DNA of 64,000 nucleotides from Owenia fusiformis. Taxonomy: Eukaryota. Each line of letters begins with the position of its first letter. The first letter of the stretch is position 1. Positions 1-13,517 of the stretch are shown piece by piece. The notes beneath the pieces are model-generated. The model was not told the origin of the DNA, made no database searches, and saw only the letters and a list, made by a program, of their open reading frames with translations. Where the stretch lies: positions 28,148,001-28,212,000 of the forward strand of contig CAIIXF020000001.1 in the NCBI GenBank assembly GCA_903813345.2, read 5' to 3'. The position numbers were made by a program, and so were the translations under genes.

Positions 1-1162
1 ATACACAGTATATGTAGCATTTGGAAAAACATGTATGGTCTTAATCAAATCAACGGTCTCTCTCATTCTAGGGAATTATCCCTCAATGATATCTGAAAAC
101 ATCTACCTTTCTTAGTAGTACATAGATATGGAGGGAATAAAATTCAACTATGGTTGTTTTTATTGGGAAATCCCCAATGTGTGAGTGCAAAGTATAATGT
201 CTTTTCCAATAATTTAATTCCCTGGCCCCCAGCAGGGTTCAGGAATACAAACTTTTTAACTTAATGTTCTCTTGCCACCGTTTCCACAATTACATTATTG
301 ATTCAGGAATTCTTATTTTTATGAAGTTTCTGTTGGTGACCGTATGTTAAGTGTTGAAATTACATGTCATGTCAAAAGCAGTAAAACATAATGATTTGTT
401 ATTACTTAATAGAATTTTAGTGTTTCACTTGAATCAATTTAACCCCATTTTCAAAAGAATTTACATTCATTTTATTAAACAGTGGATTTAATTTAAATTC
501 CAAGGTAAGGGGATTACGTTTCAAATTAAAAGTATTGTGATGCTCTTAACCTATTACACACACATTCATTCAACGTCTTAATAGAAATTATTTTTTCATA
601 TGCATCAATGTTCGCTAATGTTCACTGATCGTTGTCACATTACTTTAAATTCTGACAGTTAATATTTTCATTAGATTTAGAAAAAATAGCAATTCATCTT
701 GCCATTTCGGTCATTTGACCATCAACTCTCAGATCTTTAACCCAAGCCTTGCATATATGTACATTTTTGTAATGTACATCTACCACTGATTTTTGCTTAA
801 TTTGGGGCCTGCTTGAATTAAAGAGAGAATCAGGTCTAAAGTAATGGGCAAGCTAAAACAGAATCTTTTTCAATTATCGAATATTTGTGGCTCATATCAT
901 GTCTATTTTCTACAAATCCCCAAAGTGCATACTTTCTTCCAAGAAAACTAAAGTTTTTTACAATAATGTATTATTATTTTCCATATGGTTACCATTTTTA
1001 TTATCTGGGAGAATTTGAACACTTTTCCCCAATTTTTGCACTTTTAATCCTTAATAACTTCACCAATTTTTTAGACTATTCAATAATAACATATTGTGGG
1101 TATTTTGTGAGATACATGTATTGTATTTGAGATCATAAGAATAGATCGGTAGGTCAATTGTA

Positions 1163-2151
1163 CAGGGTGTCCAAAAAAAACAGGACCGTAAGAAAGTTGA
1201 ATAACTCGGTCAATTTTGTATATTTTGCCTTGAAATTTCAGAATTATTCAGTTCATTTAATGTGAATTCTGTTGTGAAAGTTTGATAATAATCTACCAGT
1301 TGAGTAAAAAACTACAGCTCCTTACAAAACATACCCCAAATGTGCAAATCTCATCTCTATGCATAATACAATCCGGCGAACAAAGCTGTTGATGATCCTC
1401 CTACACACATGTCTTTCTGAATGGACAAATTTGTTCCAAAAACAATTGCTATTTGGGCTTACATCCTCCTGATGAAGTGTTACAGCATCCATTGCATTCT
1501 GAACAATGCACTCCCTGGGTGGCAATGAGGAAACATGGAATCATCAGTCCCTTTTGGTTTGAAGGTGACTGGGGACTTGCTATCACCATGAACAAGGACC
1601 AGTAAGTTCTCACCAAGTTTTGGAGGTCACTTAAAGCACCAAAAGGGACATCTAAGGAGATAATTAAGCAGTGGTTTCAACAAGCCAATACCACCCCAAC
1701 ACTGCAAATGATATGCTGAAAAGGTTTAGGCAATGCTTTGGTGGTCAGCTCATCAGTTGCAGAAAGCAAACCATATGGGCAGCTCATTCGCCTGATCTAA
1801 ATCCCCCAAATTTTTATCTTTGAGGATTTCTCAAAGCCAATGTGTATAGTGACAGGCCCCTAACAATCTTAAGAGGGCAATAACTAACCCAATATTTACC
1901 ATCCACATTAATGTGTATAGGTAAGGATCATTAACAACTTTGTTCGCAGGATTCTTTTGTGCATAGAGAGGAGAAGTGCCCACTTTGAGCATGTTTTGTA
2001 AAGGACTGTAGTTTTTGACACAATAAACAGATTATCATCAAACTTGCAGAACAAAATTCACATTGAATGAACTAAATAATTCTTAAATTTCAAGGCAAAA
2101 TATGCAAAATTGACCGAGTTATTCAACGGTCCTGTTTTTTTGGACATCCTG
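1163..2151 (+). mobile_element. Decayed Tc1/mariner DNA transposon (DD41D rosa/Visitor-like) with ~250-bp TIRs
   Basis: TA|CAGGGTGTCCAAAAA...TTTTTGGACATCCTG|TA termini. Internal relic reads WFQQ(A)NTTP-TAN...WAAHSPDLNPPNFYL*GFLKANVY at ~1672-1850, with a frameshift and a stop; 41 residues lie between the second and third catalytic positions. Confidence 0.85.
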
Positions 2152-3089
2152 TACAATGTACACATTTCTTGCAATATTGTCAACTCCTTTATTTCTGACT
2201 TCTGATTCTAAGTTATTCAGTTTTTCATCAAACTTGAAAAATGCAGATGCAGAGGCAGATTAGGTTCTGGGCATGTTGGGTAATTTTCAGTTTACTTGGT
2301 GGCTCTTATTCTTCCTGAGAAACTTTTTTTATTGTTAACAAAAATCAACAAGACTGCATTTTAGTGATCAATTTGTATAATCATATGAGACCAAATTACT
2401 GTACATGAATTAAATCTCAACTTATATATCAAATCACTAAACAATCTAGTGCTGAATTAATAAGTACAATTGTACCAAATATTATTTAGGGGATAATCTG
2501 ATTTTAGCTGTCATATATTTACTAAACATTGTGTTATATTGTTCTGTGTGGATAGAAATGAATATTGATTACTTTGCATCATTATAAATTCCACAGTGCT
2601 ACTTCCCTCTACTGTCTGTGACAGTTCTATTTTTCAAAAATATGTATGTGCTTGGAGTGTATGCAGTTACCAATACATTAAATTACTACATGTATATGGC
2701 ATAAGTAATGTGTTGTCTTGATACTCATATTGATGAAATATAATTTATATGAATTTAAAATATATTTATTTCTTTTGTTCAGTTCAATCAGTTACTGAGG
2801 TGCCAGGAGTAAGTTACCAGGTTTACCACCTGGTGGCTTTTTGAATATGTCCATTCAAAGAAAATCATATCCGTCCCAAAATGTAATTTGAAATGTAGAT
2901 TTCAAATATGATATTACTTTGACTAAAACAATATTTAATGTTAAAAATCAAGATCGTCTCTGCTTGCATCCAGTGTTTTGATATAGCTAATCATTATGAT
3001 TGCTAAATGGGACCAATGACTTGCTTTGATCGAATGCATGAATGTCCATTGCCAATTTGTTATGTGGCTTCTGAGGATTGAGCATATTT

Positions 3090-3730
3090 GATAACTTGGG
3101 ATTGTGTCACTTTATCACTCTGTTTATTGTACTTAGTTATGTCTAGATAACTGTGATTGTGCCATTTGACACGGTGAATCATTTTACTGTCAAACATTAC
3201 TGATATGTTTGATGACTTTTTATGGGAGGAAAGATTGTATTGTTGCTGTGTATGATTATACTTTGCGATTGCCTAAAGATTGTGTATAGACACAGCGGAT
3301 TAAGTTGTTGCTTTGCATGATTGTGCTATGTGGTTGATTAAAGAATGTATTAGGCACTGGGTATTGTATAACTACTGTGTGTGATTGTGCTATGTGGTTG
3401 CTGAAAGGTTGTGTTTAGACACTGGGGATTGTGTCACTACTCTGCATGATTGTGTTGGCTGATTGTGTTTACATATTGTGTCAGTTTACATAGTGTGGGC
3501 TCTGTTATTGCTATGAACGATTGTGATATATAATTGTTTAAATATTTACTAAAAACAATACTGATTTTGTTTGTGATTTTGCTGTGAATGATTGCTCAAG
3601 ATTATTTTAATTGGGTCTTTGAATACAAGAATTGAGCCACTGCTATGAAGTTATTGGTTATGGATATTTTATGATTGTGTGTAGACACTGGTTTTTACCG
3701 CTGGGTTTTACTATTCCTGTGGATGATTAT
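3090..3730. repeat. Degenerate minisatellite (~60-70 bp unit)
   Basis: Recurrent GATTGTGCTATGTGGTTG, GATTGTGT.TAGACACTGGG and GATTGTGTCACT motifs. Confidence 0.5.
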
Positions 3731-5769
3731 ATCATATTATAGTTTGTAAAGTATGATTTTGAGACCCTACTGCGTTTTTACTGATGTACTAGGTGCATTC
3801 ATGCACCCTCTGGGTCTCTGAGGATCGTGTTGGACCCAGGGGTGCATAACGTGCAATGTAAAGGAAGAGGCTCGATAGAGAGAGCTTTTTAGATGGGTAT
3901 AAGTTTTTTATTATTTCGATGATCAATATAAAATTGTAACACAATTTAGGAGATGAGGTGAATTTTCATATTCTAAAATATTATTTCTGAATCATCAAAA
4001 TGGATTTTTCTACAACCTTTTTGGCGAATCGATGAACTCGTTTTTCAGGTTTAACCCTTTCTTTGTGGTTAAATATAATGCCCTTTATATAATTATAGAA
4101 ACAAAATATTTTGTTTCTAGGTCTTTAATTATCTAAAGTCTTACATAATGTGGACACATATTTGTTTAACTGATCAGAAATATTTTTTTTCCCCATTTAT
4201 CAATTTTTCCATGTTAAAGTATAGGGGGGCTGAGATCCCCGGGAATTCCTGAGGTTTGACCCATTATGTTATGGTTTTGAACCGATGATAAGTTTATAGA
4301 GGGAAATGCTGTTCCATCGAATTATTTGATTTTGACTGAAATTAACGCATTACGTTATTCACACTGGGAGCTACAAAATATTGGGTTACGGATTTATTAA
4401 AACGTACCTTTTTATCTCGCATTCTCGGTTTACCTGCGTATCATGATTTATGATCATGATTTATCGTTTATGCTTTGCTCACATAAGTTCAGATTCACCT
4501 TATGGGTGCCTACCGATTACGGTATTTTTCAACTGCCAACCGATCACCGGCAGACGTTGCGCCGGGAGAATTTTCACAATCAAAATGTAAATTACATTAT
4601 AAAATATGTATCAAATGAAGAAAAGGATGTCCAGATGGGTGCTGTTCGGCAATTGTAAGATTATAGTGTTGCTTGTAATATCATAAGTTGAAGAAAATTG
4701 GATTCTTGGAATACATGTTCGTTAACGTTTTGATTTTGATTGTATATATTTATAATTCATATGTAATATACGATTGACTGTACTTTGAAGAGAAAACAAG
4801 TATTTTACCAATTAATAGAAGAATTCAAAAGCTCTAGCGAAGTAACCTTTTTAGTTTATATTCGCCAAAACGTAAAACGATAGAAAATCATATATTTTTG
4901 AAACATCGCTTATTGGAACCATTTCACTTGTCGACTAACTTGCGGTAAGTTAGTTGTACATGAACTGGGCAGGTCGTAATATCCCTATTTACCAGTTAAA
5001 GACATTCAACATGTTATGACCGAAATAATCAGTTACGATCCGTAGTATAATTAACAAATCCAGTGCCACGGAATAAATAACTTGAAAGTGGTGATAAGCC
5101 ATTCAGGACTACTTAGATTATTCATTTATTTTATTTTTCTAGTTTATTGACGGCCATTTATGTTTGTTAAACATTTTCATCATATAAATATGTATCAAAA
5201 TGTTTTGGTCTGCAATATTTCTTATTTAATAAATCTTTTTCAAGCAAATGGAAATTGTTATCATAATTCCATCTGAAACAATGGAACAATCATATAAATA
5301 TGAAATACAGGCATTTTACAGATAAAGTATAGTTAGCGTTGCTGCAGAAATAGGATTAAAATTCCAAGCGGGGCTATTATAATACATATTATTGAAAAGG
5401 GAAATCTTAGACTGGCTGAAACTTATGTCCAAAAGATATATGAAGAATTGCCCCTAATTGAAATTGCAGCATTTTAAGAACTTACCAGGGTTTATCTATT
5501 CAAAACTAGCTACAGTTCATAAGATGCGAGGCATTTATAAAATAGTGAATCAATATTAACAACGAAAGCATATCTATACAAGGATGGATAAAAACATTAA
5601 TGCCTGGTGTAAACGGGTAGGAGGTTCTATCAATTATGGTCCTACTCTCCATTGATTTATATGGTGACCTAAACTCTTTCCCTCATTATCTTATACGCAA
5701 TCTGGGCCAATAAGGGCCGTTAAGAAAGGGGACCATAATCCCTGGGGGACCATCATTTCTTTCACACCT

Positions 5770-5902
5770 GGTCACATTTGCTCAGATTTATCGGCCGGCG
5801 TCCGGCCGATTGAGTATCCTGCTGACAATTGCATTCAGTTTTGAACAGAATATTTAATCTGTCGGCCGCCGGGCAATGAATCGGAGCAAATGTGGGATAA
5901 CC
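5770..5902. mobile_element. Small palindromic MITE family (GGTCACATTTGCTC...); further copies or fragments near 14995-15042 and 18524-18643
   Basis: CACATTTGCTCAGATT...AATCGGAGCAAATGTG inverted ends; the CGGCCGATTGAGTA core is shared with the copy at 18524-18643. Confidence 0.55.
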
Positions 5903-6101
5903 AATTAACGAATATCTACAGACTGCTCATCTCTTGTAGTACTGTATATGTCTATGAATTCCGTCTAAAAGAAGACGTTCTCTAAAACTTTCTAATGGAA
6001 TACATGTATAGGACTAGAAACACAATGCAAATTCACGTTTATGCAATATAATTTCTTTTTTATTAAATTCAATCTTTCAACACTTTATGGAGCTGTTACG
6101 T

Positions 6102-6234
6102 TAGACCACGTGGGCTCACCGTTCGCTACAGTATGGATACGTTTTGCAGATGGCAGGGCTAGACATGGACATACGGTTGGCTAATCAAATAGTTTTAAAG
6201 CAGGATATTCCGAACGGTGAGCCCACACGGCCTA
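6102..6234. mobile_element. Short palindromic TAG...CTA element
   Basis: TAGACCACGTGGGCTCACCGTTCG...CGAACGGTGAGCCCACACGGCCTA; no clear TSD. Confidence 0.55.
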
Positions 6235-6597
6235 GTGCAATAGCCACTCATTACATTTCGATACTCATAACATCCTTCTGTTTCAACCGAAACTTGCTTT
6301 GATTTTATTAGGCATATTCTGTGATCTGAACACATCAGATGGGATGTGTTATAACTGTCAATAAGTGTGATAGTTATCATATACCTTAATGTCAATCCAT
6401 TACATAATAGGCATTGTATTCAACCACATATAAATTAGCAAAGGCACAGATGCACAGTTTTAGGACTGGAGAAGAAATAAGATGTCATGATTTATCAGGA
6501 CTCATTAGCTATTTAACATACTCTATATGTTAACATTATTATTGTATTTTGTTTCAATTCAAAAATTGAATTCAATTAATTTTAGTTGTACAATGAT

Positions 6598-7109
6598 CAC
6601 TGGTGATCCGCTCGATTACGCTGGTTACCGAAACGGTTCGTTTTGGTAACAATATGTCGGACATCGAAGGTACGATTTTTCTTTTTCCTTATTTCACGCG
6701 TTGTAGGCAGAATACCAGCGACGTTTTTGTCACAAACGTGTATCAGCATCATATGTTTTAGAAAATGTACATGTTTGCGAAAAAATAGCTCAGAAGACAA
6801 CAGAATCGTCGATTTAATTCCTCACTTAAGTGCAGATCTTAACTGTTTTTCGAAAAACCGTTTATGTAACTTAAGTGAGAAATTAAATCGACGATTCTGT
6901 TGTCTTCTGAACTATTTGTTCGCAAATATGTACATTTTCTTAAACATATGATATTGATACACGTTTGTGTTAAAAATGTCGTCGGAATTCTGCGTACAAC
7001 GTGTGAAATAAGGAAAAAAGTAAAATCGTACCTTCGATGTTCCGACATTTTGTTACCAAAACGAAACGAATCGTTTTGGTAACCAGCGTAATCGAGTGGA
7101 TCACCAGTG
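6598..7109. mobile_element. Transib-like foldback MITE
   Basis: CACTGGTGATCC...GGATCACCAGTG, palindromic over nearly its whole length; 5-bp TSD ATGAT (6593-6597 and 7110-7114). Confidence 0.85.
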
Positions 7110-7249
7110 ATGATTATCCCCGAACAATAACTCAACTGAGTCTACATTCAGCGCTTTATCGTATTCTATATGTGTTATTTTTAGTACCATCGTAAGTACA
7201 TCTGTGAAGCCCCGTTGTGTAGCCTAACGTAGCTACTTGTACAATGGTA

Positions 7250-9394
7250 CCTGTTACACTGCTGGGTTGAGTCTAACGAAGCATTTTTGTAACGAAGGTT
7301 AGCGAAAAAATTGTGTCCACACTGGCTTTATCCAACCCTAACGAAGCAATTATTTGGTGTTACACTGCACTTAAAATGCTTCGTTGCGCGTGCGCATTAC
7401 TCATCTGCCCCACCCACTTATTATGATTAATATTTTTATTCTTTTGATATAAACCATTGATCAAACTCAATTTTTAATCTTTATTTTAACAAATCAGCAC
7501 AGAAAAAGACTAGTTCAAAATTCTCGGGAAAATAAAACAAGATAAATGTGATCATTCCGTACACATGTCCATACATTTTTCCTATCATTTCGATTTTTAT
7601 ATATTTCAGCTGTCAATTACGATTACAAGTATTGTTTTCATTTTCTATCATTTCCTTTGGAAAACATATGGAATAAAAATAGGCCTATGTTAATTACTAG
7701 GAGGAATTGGATTTGGGGTTTATACAGACGACTAAGTATGTTATATCGTATAAAAACGTTCAACTTCCAAATGGACTCCTTAACTCAAGCGGTCCTAACT
7801 TCGACCTACCAGATGCTTGAAAATCAAGGATTGCGAGTCTCATACTGCACCGTTTTTCTTCAAACTTGTTCCATTCAAAGCAAAACAAAATTGCCTTTCT
7901 GTCGGTGCATTACTTTATTGTAAAGAGTCCCTCGTTCTAGCAGCGTTTTGGTCCCCAGCTGTTGGAAGGCCTTCTTAGTAGGGACTCTGTTTAAGAGAAT
8001 AATGTACCATCAGAAAGGGATTTTTGTTATGCTTTGAATGGAACAAGTTTGAAGAAAAACGGTGAAGTATTAGACTCGTAATCCTTGATTTTCAAACATC
8101 CGGTAGGTCAAAAATTCAAATTAACGGTCGAAGTTAGGACCGCGTGTAACTACTATTTCATGACCAATTCATTTTAATATGAATATTACCCGTCTCGCCA
8201 ATACTCCATGCATATTTGAGTGAGTTTGACATAAATTAGTATGTTAATCCATCAGCCGTCCGTTGAATTCGAAAATGGCGTAAATAGGAAGAAACTTGAA
8301 TATCAGTTGTAAGCATCGTCTTACGACACATCAATAGTGTTTGGGGCTGGCCTAAAACATGCAGCCTCTCTGTGGCAAATATCTGTCGACAAGAAACAAT
8401 TTTGGCCACCGTTCCTTGTCCGCAGGTTTTACCGTATTTGTATACGGAAGTTTTGAAACGTAATTAATTCAATATATTTAAACATGAAGTTTAAATTCAA
8501 TTACAATTTAAAATCGTCGAAGAATAAAATAATGGAACGACTAGTACAAGAACATGTATTGCAATGGGGCGACGAGCCAGTTGAATACGATTTCTGAAGA
8601 GAGACATTTTCGAATCAATCAAATCGGCTATATTCCGGCCTGATGTGATTCACCGGGAAGCAATTGTATCAGTATTATGGTATTAACACCTTTAGAATTA
8701 CATATAATTACGTATAATTATTCGAGGCGCAAGAAAAAATTAATATTAACCATGTATGCCACAACTTTCTATTTAGTAAGCATATCTTATGTAATTTCAA
8801 AAGTTTACCCTTCCACACTTGAGACGGAGTTTTCCGACAGAGGGACATTTAAATATTCTAGGTTTATTCTCTAATAGATCAGATAAATGTTTCAAAATTA
8901 GCTTATACATATACGGTAAAACCTGCGTTTTTTAGATTTAATACTTTTTGTCATATCAATTCGAGGAAAGGCAGGGAATCGAATGAAATGCTACGAAAGA
9001 CGGTAAATCACATTTGTACGTGGCGTTTAGGGCTTGAGGTAGGTAATTATTTTAATCAAAACGTAGCATTATAATAATACGTACTTAAAAACATGTTCTT
9101 TCCTCGCGATTCCTCTCATTTAATACAAAATGATGAATGTGCTCTTTATTACGCGCATGCGCAAACCGCCAACTAAGCATTTTCTAACGAAGCTACCTGT
9201 TACACAGGCCAAAAAAGCTTCGTTGGGAGCTAACCTTCGTTGAATTTTCTACTCAATTGCTTCGTTATCAACTAAGCTTTTCCAACGAAGGCGGAGGTGT
9301 TACACTGGCCCAAAATTGCTTCGTTACGAAGCTTTTTGTCAAATTGCTTCGTAACGAAGCATTTCAACTGGCCTGTGTAACAGGGGTCAATGAC
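7250..9394. mobile_element. Non-autonomous DNA transposon (PIF/Harbinger-like ends) with subterminal TAACGAAGC repeats
   Basis: CCTGTTACAC...GTGTAACAGG inverted ends; clusters of AACGAAGC/GCTTCGTT and GTTACAC motifs at 7250-7390 and 9170-9390. Confidence 0.6.
7786..8146. mobile_element. Transib-like foldback MITE, nested in the 7250-9394 element
   Basis: CAAGCGGTCCTAACTTCGACC...GGTCGAAGTTAGGACCGCGTG with ~150-bp arms; 5-bp TSD TAACT (7781-7785 and 8147-8151). Confidence 0.8.
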
Positions 9395-11084
9395 TACAAT
9401 GGTAACTTTGTGAGTGTCTGTAAATGCCATGATGCAATATAAAACACTGTAAAAATCTGATAATTATTTTTGATTACTATGACAAGTAAAAGATTTATAA
9501 CACTAACCTAATGCATAGTTTTACACATCTACATGCACACATTCTACTCGAATGTTACTATTTGAGATAATTCTTTTCGAAGCGATCGTACAGTCTTCAT
9601 ACATTGGAAGAATCACAATTTAGCATTGTTTTTTATGATTATAATAAATATAAATATGATAAGGTTAATGACATATCAAAATTCTTGTTGGAGTGGTCAA
9701 AATCATATACTCTCGATAAACTTTGATAAACGATTTTTATTCATTATCCATGGAAGACAAAATATGGCATAACTACACCCTGATGTGGTGTTAAATTCAT
9801 GTAGGCATATTATGTACATCTATATTTATGTTGATGTGAAATATAAAGTTATGATATTGGTCAACATGCAAAAAATGAACAAAAAATATATATATCGAAG
9901 CGTATTTCGAAAGTTTTGAGGACGACATTTTGTTTTTCGATTTTGACCAATCAGAAACATATGTCATCTCAATAGGGGTTTACATGTTCATGTTCTCTAC
10001 CTGGGAATGAGAGCCCATAATTCAATTTTTGAACTAGTCTGAAGAGACCTACATGCAAAGTTCATAGAAAAAAGAAAAATCACAAATATGAATACAGTTT
10101 GATTATAAGTCTATTGGAATTTTCATCGTGTTGATTTTAAAGTCTATTACAGAAGTTACTGTTATGTTTACCACACTGGTACCAGTTAGTGGTATGTTGA
10201 ATGGTATGAGTTGTTGAGTTTCACCTTCACCCAGATCATGCAGAATATCAACACGGCGTTCCTTGTAGAAAGTAGTTCTTGGTTTGTCTTACATATGATA
10301 GATAGTAAGATATGATAGGCAATATTCTCCTTTGACAAGATGTGACTGACACAGTTTTGTGTTGGAGTGTAGCTATATGCGGTGCAATCATACCATATCT
10401 AACATCACATAGCATGCTCATCCCCGTGCTCATCACAGAAAGATGTCAACACGTATGCCTCTCCATTAAATAATTCTTTTTTATATGCAGTATCTCGACC
10501 CGATCCTATCTGAAATATAAGAAATATATATAATCAAGTTACTTGTTGTATTTCCCAGAACTTATATAAACATCCATGACCAATATTCCCATTCTATTGA
10601 TATTGTTATCGTCTCGGGGTACCATAAATCGAAACAAGTAAATCCAAAATCGCAAGAAAAGATAAAGCTTGAAACAGGAACTACATGTTTCAAGACAGCT
10701 TGCAAATCCTATGGTTTTTCACATGATGAGATGGAAGAGCTAAAACTTATCCAAACATACTAGTTAATTAGTTCTAGTAATTCATCTAGTTTGTCATTAT
10801 TTATTACATTAAATATGTCTAAAGCATCGAAAAGTAATGTTTTCACCGCATGAAAGTAAAGTTGATCGATTTGTCGTACATGTAGATCGAGAGAATTGTG
10901 TGAAATCAACCGGGCTTTCTTGTGTCATCTGGGCTTTGTTCAGAATTAGTGAAACTTGAAACATAGAAGCAAGAAAAGAAATGTACGGTTTCTGTTATTT
11001 TGCTAAAATATAGGTCTCATCGCTCTTATTTGAGGCAATGCCATGCCACATGGCAGTTGTTAATCTTATACTTTCTTTCTTTCA

Positions 11085-12580
11085 ATAACAAGCCTCTTAA
11101 ATGTCATGTCAAACTCTGTTTATTTCGTATTATCTTCAGCAATTGTTTAACCACTCTTCATGTTTCATAAGCTAGTTCCACTCATATTGTCATGCCAAAC
11201 ACTGTTTATTTCATTTATCTACAAGTTGTCTATCGCATTGTTTCAAAAGCTAATCAAACAATTGTCATACCAAACTCTGTTTATTTCGTATTATATACAT
11301 GTTTTCAATCGCTTCTTTATGTTTTACAAGCTAGCTCTACTCAATTGTCATGCCAAACTCAGTTTATTTCGTAATTTTCATATGCTAATTCCACTCAATT
11401 GTCATGCCAAACTCTGTTTATTTCATTTCAAGTTGACAATCGCCTCTTCGTGTTTCACAAGCTAATTCCTGCCAAATGTCATGTCAAAATCAGTTTATTT
11501 CGTATTATCTACATTTTTTCAATCGCTTCTTTATTTTTTACAAGCTAGCTCCACTCAATTGTCATGCCCAACTCGGTTTATTTCATTTTAAGATACAGTT
11601 GTCAACCGCCCCTCGGGTCTCATAAGCGACAATCAATTGTCATGCCGAACTCAGTTTATTTCGTAATTTTCATATGCTAATTCCACTCAATTGTCATGCC
11701 AAACTCTGTTTATTTCATTTATCTACAAGTTGACAATCGCCTCTTCGTGTTTCACAAGCTAATTCCTGCCAATTGTCATGTCAAAATCTGTTCATTTCGT
11801 ATTATCTACATGTTTTCAATCTCTTCTTTATCTTTTACAAGCTAGCTCCACTCAATTGTCATGCCAAACTCGGTTTATTTCGTTTTAAGATACAGTTGTC
11901 AACCGCCCCTCAAGTTTCATAAGCGAATTCCACTCAATTGTCATGCGAAACGTTTTATATTTCATTTATCTACAAGTTGTCAATCGCCTCTCCATGTTTC
12001 ACAAGCTAATTCCACTCAATTGTCAAACATAATTTATCTACAAGTTGTTAATCGCCTCTTCATGTTTCAAAAGCTAATTCCACTCAATTGTCAAGCATCA
12101 TTTATCTACAAGTTGTCAATCGCCTCTTCATGTTTCACAAGCTAATTCCACCCAACAGTAATGTCAAACTCTGTTTATTTCGTATTATCTTCATGTTTTC
12201 AATCTCTTCTTTCTTTTTACAAGCTAGCTTCACTCAATTGCCATGCCAAACTCGGTTTATTTCGTATTAAGATACAGTTGTCAACCGCCCTTTAGGTTTC
12301 AAAAGCGAATTCCACTCAACTGTCATGCCAAATTCCGTTTATTTTTTTTCTCTACATGTTGTCAATCGCCTCTTCATGTTTCAAAAGCTAATTCCACACG
12401 ATTGTCATGCCAAACCCTGTTTATTTCCTATTATCTACATGTTTTCAACCTAAGCTTCATTTTTTACAAGTCAGCTCCGCTCAATTGTCATGCCAAACTC
12501 AGTTTATTATTTATTATCTACAGTTGTTAGCTGCTCTTCATGTTTCATTAGTTAATTCCACTCAATTGTCGTGCCAAACA
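11085..12580. repeat. Tandem satellite, ~80-bp unit, about 20 diverged copies
   Basis: Repeated GCTAATTCCACTCAATTGTCATGCCAAACTCTGTTTATTTC...CAATCGCCTCTTCATGTTTCACAA; accounts for the repetitive ORFs at 11160-12598. Confidence 0.95.
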
Positions 12581-13517
12581 TGTTCCAGTGCTTTATAAGA
12601 TATAATTATCTACATGATATAAAAGCATCTTTTCAAGACTAATTATTACTACGAACAAATGACATTCAATACCTCTTCCCAAATAATATCTTCTCATGAT
12701 CATCATAAACAATATCAACATCTTTGTTGCCATTGTTACACTATATATTGAACCTGAACCTGATACGACTTGGATACATTTACCGAAGAGTACATAGAAA
12801 AAGACAAATATTTTTATAAACCCTAGAGATACATATATCGAAAGATATACAGGACTCTCTAGGATGTAACCAATGTGAACGTTCAAGATAAGTTTCACTT
12901 TCATAAATATATTGAAATACATACAAGAGCAATGAATCCGAGTTAGCCTGAGTCAATTGTCAGAGATAAAAGATTGCTTCAAGGACAACGTATTTCCAAA
13001 AATTAGTTTCTGAGTTCATACTTCGTATTATAATCCTAATATCATTAGATCGTTTTGAGTATAGACATCACTTCAACACAAACAATCACAATGTTTAGAT
13101 ATGCCTCAAGCTACAAATCATATTAACGTCGTCATCATCATGAGCACCATCAGTCATCGTTGTCGCCAGAGTTATCGTCGTCATCTTGCACCTGAAAGTA
13201 CAGTAATACATGTATGGGTGCACACCATCTTCTCTTCAACTTGCATGCATTACAGACAACATTTGCATAATTTCAAACAGGCCTCGGTTCTGCTAAAAAC
13301 TCCTGCCAAAGAACCCTACCTTTTCGAACGAATTGGACTTATACATGTTAATACGTATAGCCTGTAAAATAATATAACTCGTTAAAACTCAATCAACCAA
13401 TGTTCTTTTGAGATAATGAGGATGGTGTCGAAGAAAAAAAATAATTAAAAATTAAAAAATATCGGACACAGATAAGACACAAATAAAATCATCGATAATC
13501 AAACTGAAGAGGTTTTA

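Noticed and set aside
11160-12598. Cluster of short ORFs
   Set aside because: These are translations of the 80-bp satellite, with no coding signature.
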